DNA of 64,000 nucleotides. It comes from an uncultured delta proteobacterium. Lineage in GTDB: Bacteria; Myxococcota_A; Polyangia; Haliangiales; Haliangiaceae. Numbering within the stretch: position 1 is the stretch's first letter; every line of letters begins with the position of its first letter. Shown piece after piece: positions 58,565 through 64,000 of this stretch. Under the pieces are notes generated by a model. It saw nothing but the letters and a program-made list of their open reading frames with translations. It was not told the origin of the DNA and made no database searches. Location: NCBI GenBank assembly GCA_963743525.1, contig CAVUQH010000004.1:704001-768000 (forward strand). Direction: 5' to 3'. The translations under genes and the position numbers were made by a program.

Positions 58565-59530
58565 ATGGAATCGCGCGCAACGATCGGGATCGGTATCGCG
58601 TTGGCGCTCGCGGCGGTGGGCTGCGGGGCGTCGGCCAAGGGCTTGGACAAGGGCATTCAGCGCGACCGCGTCCAGGCGCCTCAGGTCAGCCAGCACGATC
58701 AACTGGTCGCCGAAGGCGACGCTGCCTGGGCCAAGCGCGCCGACCGCGCGCAGCTGGAGCTGGCGATCCAGAAGTGGGAGCAAGCGGTCGCCATCGTCAA
58801 CTCCGACGCCGACACCTACGCCAAGCTGTCGCGCGGCTGCTACCTGCTCGCCGACGGCTGGTTGTTCTTCGATCAGAAGGCGTCGCCGGATGGCGAGGCC
58901 AAGTTCCTGGCCATGCACGAGAAGGGCTATCGCCTGGCCGAGCGCGGCCTCGCGGCGCTGTCGCCCGACTTCGAAAAGCGGCGCATGGCCGGCACCAAGA
59001 TCGAAGACGCGATCAAGGTGATCGGACGCAACGGCGCCCCGCTGATGTACTGGTACGCGTCCAACCTGGGCAAGTGGGCCAAGGCCAAGGGCTTCACCAC
59101 CACCCTCGAGCACAAGGATCGGATCTTCGCCGTCATCAGCCGGGTCTACGAGGTAGCGCCCGACTACTTCTACGGCGCGGCCGATCGCTACTTCGGCGCC
59201 TTCTACGCCGTCGCCCCCAAGTTCGCCGGCGGCGACGTGCAGAAGAGCTACGAGCATTTCCAGGCCTCGCTCAAGGCGGCGCCCAACTACCTGGGCACCT
59301 ACGTCCTCATCGCCGAGCTGTACACGCCGCTCGAGGACGCCGCCGCGGGCAAGAAGCCGGACCCGGCGGCATTCGACGCCAACCTCAGCATCGTGCTCAA
59401 CGCGCAGCCGTGCCCGGCGGGCGGGGTGCAGAGCCCGGTGCCGTGCATCCTTCCCGACCTCGCTCCGGAGGCGGCGATCGAGCAGAAGAAGGCCCGGGAG
59501 CTCGAGGGCCGCAAGGAAGAGCTGTTCTAG
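58565..59530 (+). CDS. TPR lipoprotein, TRAP-transporter TatT-like
   Basis: Lipobox AVGC; LMYWYASNLGKW, PDYFYGAADRYFG, GGDVQKS..F; upstream TTGACA(58511)-N18-GATAGT and GGAGG RBS. Confidence 0.7.
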   Translation: MESRATIGIGIALALAAVGCGASAKGLDKGIQRDRVQAPQVSQHDQLVAEGDAAWAKRADRAQLELAIQKWEQAVAIVNSDADTYAKLSRGCYLLADGWLFFDQKASPDGEAKFLAMHEKGYRLAERGLAALSPDFEKRRMAGTKIEDAIKVIGRNGAPLMYWYASNLGKWAKAKGFTTTLEHKDRIFAVISRVYEVAPDYFYGAADRYFGAFYAVAPKFAGGDVQKSYEHFQASLKAAPNYLGTYVLIAELYTPLEDAAAGKKPDPAAFDANLSIVLNAQPCPAGGVQSPVPCILPDLAPEAAIEQKKARELEGRKEELF

Positions 59531-59601
59531 CCGAGACTCGGATGTGATTCTCGCGTTCCCGTGGTTGACGGGTTCGTGAGGGTGATTACATTCGGCTCAC
59601 C

Positions 59602-62214
<2,613 letters not shown>

Positions 62215-62223
62215 GCGACACCG

Positions 62224-63027
62224 ATGCAATTCGACCCGCAGATCGACTACTACGCGGCCCTCGGGGTCTCGAACGAGGCGACGCCGGAGGAGATCAAGAA
62301 GGCCTACCGGCGCCTGGCCAAGAAGTTCCACCCGGACTCGACCGGAGGGGACAAGGCCAAGGAAGCCAAGTTCAAGGAGATTTCGTCCGCGTACGACGTC
62401 CTCGGCGACCGCGAGAAGCGCGAGCAGTACGACGCGTTCCGCGCGGCGCCGCGCATGCCGCCGGGCTTCGCCGCCGGCGGCGGGCAGGGGTTCGACTTCG
62501 GCAACCTGGATCTGGGCGACCTGTTCTCCCAGGTCTTCGGTGGCCGCGGCGCCCCCGGCGGAGTCGGTGGGCCGGGCAACGTGGAGTATCGGTTCTACTC
62601 ATCGGATCCCGGGAGCATGGGCGACCCGTTCGCCGGCGCTCCCGGCGGGCAGACCCGACGGCGGCGACGGCGGCGACGCCAGGCCGAGCCGCCCGCGCCG
62701 CCGACCGAGCGCAAACGGCGCGCGTCGGACGGGTCAGCGCTGGTCCAGCGGGGCGACAACCTCTACAGCGACGTCCGCGTGCGCCTGGATCAGGCGATCC
62801 TCGGCGCCGTCGTCGAGGTTCCGACGCTGTCGGGCAAGGCCCACGTCAAGATTCCCCCGGGAACCTCCAGCGGCGCCAAGCTGCGCCTCAAGGGCAAGGG
62901 CGCGCGCAGCGCCCAGGGATACGGTGACCATTACGTGACCGTGCACATCGACGTACCCAAGAAGATCGACGAAAAAGCCGAAACGCTGCTCGCCGAGTTC
63001 ATGAAGCGAACGAGAGGCACCAAGTGA
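62224..63027 (+). CDS. DnaJ-class (type II, CbpA-like) co-chaperone without zinc finger
   Basis: DYYAALGV, KKFHPD, G/F-rich region, C-terminal IPPGTSSG..LRLKGKG. Confidence 0.9.
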   Translation: MQFDPQIDYYAALGVSNEATPEEIKKAYRRLAKKFHPDSTGGDKAKEAKFKEISSAYDVLGDREKREQYDAFRAAPRMPPGFAAGGGQGFDFGNLDLGDLFSQVFGGRGAPGGVGGPGNVEYRFYSSDPGSMGDPFAGAPGGQTRRRRRRRRQAEPPAPPTERKRRASDGSALVQRGDNLYSDVRVRLDQAILGAVVEVPTLSGKAHVKIPPGTSSGAKLRLKGKGARSAQGYGDHYVTVHIDVPKKIDEKAETLLAEFMKRTRGTK

Positions 63028-64000
63028 CCACCACCGACAAGCAAATTCTCCCCGTCTTGCCGCTGCGCGCGGCCGTGCCGATGCCGGGCGCGATCGTTCC
63101 CGTCGAAGTCGGACGGGTCGCGTCCCTGCGCGCGGTCGAAGCCGCCGACGGCGACGACGACATCATCCTGCTGGTGCCCCAGCGCGACCCCGACATCAGC
63201 GATCCGGATCCGTCGGATCTCTACGACGTCGGTCTGATCGGCGAGTTGGTGCAGGTAGTCAAGCACGGCCCCACGCACGTCACCGCGGTGATCCGCATCG
63301 AGGACCGGGCGCGAGTGCACGACTACGTCGAGGGCCTGTCGTACCTGGCCGCCCACATCGAGCCGTTCGCCAGCGTCGTCCGCGAAGACGAAGAGACCAA
63401 GGCAATGGTCCGCGCCACCCTCAACGCGTTGCGCCCGCTGGCGATCCGCCAGGCCGAGATGGAGGGCGAGGCGTACGAGGAGTTCGACTCGGAAGACCCG
63501 GACGACCTGGTCCACGCCGCGCTCGAGCACGTCGAGCTGTCGCGCGACGACCTGTTGGCGCTGCTCGCCGAGGCGGATCCGAGCGCGCGGCTGGCCCGCG
63601 TGCTGCCGCAGCTCGAGCACCAGCGCGACGTCATCCGCATGGGCGCCGACATCAAGTCGGAGCTGGTCGACGACATCGCCGACGCCGCCCGCGAGAAGGT
63701 GCTGCGCGAGCGGATGAAGTCGATCCGCGCCGAGTTGGGCGAGGAGGAGAACGAAGACGCGCTCGAGGAGTACATGGAGCGCATCGACGACTCCAAGATG
63801 CCCGACGAGCCGCGCGACGCGGCCAAGCGCGAGGTCCGGCGCATGCGCAACATGGCGCCGGAGTCGCCGCAGTACAGCGTCAGCCAGACCTACGTCGATC
63901 GACTGCTCGAGATCCCGTGGGGCGAGATCAGCGAAGACACGCTCGACGTGTCGGCCGCGCGCGCCATCCTCGAGGCCGAGCACGCCGGTCTGGCCAAGGT
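63024..64000 (+). CDS. lon: Lon protease (5' part; runs off window end)
   Basis: GTG 63024 overlapping the dnaJ stop: LPVLPLR..IVPVEVGR, REKVLRERMKSIRAELGE, TYVDRLLEIPW, ARAILEAEHAGL. Confidence 0.9.
   Translation, partial: MTTTDKQILPVLPLRAAVPMPGAIVPVEVGRVASLRAVEAADGDDDIILLVPQRDPDISDPDPSDLYDVGLIGELVQVVKHGPTHVTAVIRIEDRARVHDYVEGLSYLAAHIEPFASVVREDEETKAMVRATLNALRPLAIRQAEMEGEAYEEFDSEDPDDLVHAALEHVELSRDDLLALLAEADPSARLARVLPQLEHQRDVIRMGADIKSELVDDIADAAREKVLRERMKSIRAELGEEENEDALEEYMERIDDSKMPDEPRDAAKREVRRMRNMAPESPQYSVSQTYVDRLLEIPWGEISEDTLDVSAARAILEAEHAGLAK

Overview
A 64 kb, very GC-rich chromosomal segment, most likely from a Myxococcota bacterium (Haliangium/Kofleriaceae-like, inferred from gene content: Ser/Thr kinases, PEGA/TPR proteins, an FHA-sigma54 activator). 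It is mostly core genome: pyrD/pyrK, rimI, engB, coaE, argG/F/D/B with a J-protein/dnaK module inserted, hslUV-xerC-SDR-trmFO-topA-dprA, LysM-cpoB, hemC-hemA-ccsA-like, trxA, rodA-mrdA-mreDCB, a SurA/PpiD-like chaperone, a giant TPR protein, a TatT-like lipoprotein and clpB-dnaJ-lon (partial). Five signals stand out. (1) Directly downstream of rodA is an element made of a ~470 bp degenerate hexamer array, a long palindrome, a four-helix-bundle (Avd/IVS-like) gene and a terminator, with a local strand-composition shift. (2) Two secreted alpha/beta-hydrolase genes share an almost identical sigma54 promoter architecture: paired GTTGG-N6-CCAAC boxes ending exactly 42 bp from the -24 box. (3) A porin-like gene and a cytochrome c lipoprotein gene each sit under a near-identical perfect AT-rich Fur-like palindrome. 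(4) Five apparent frameshifts all come from one extra base in GTCGAC, most likely a methylation-linked base-calling artefact. (5) A specialised Hsp70 module has flanking genes that share a winged-helix-like domain. No rRNA, tRNA, CRISPR array or transposase was recognised. All family calls are from motif recognition by eye; no database search was run.
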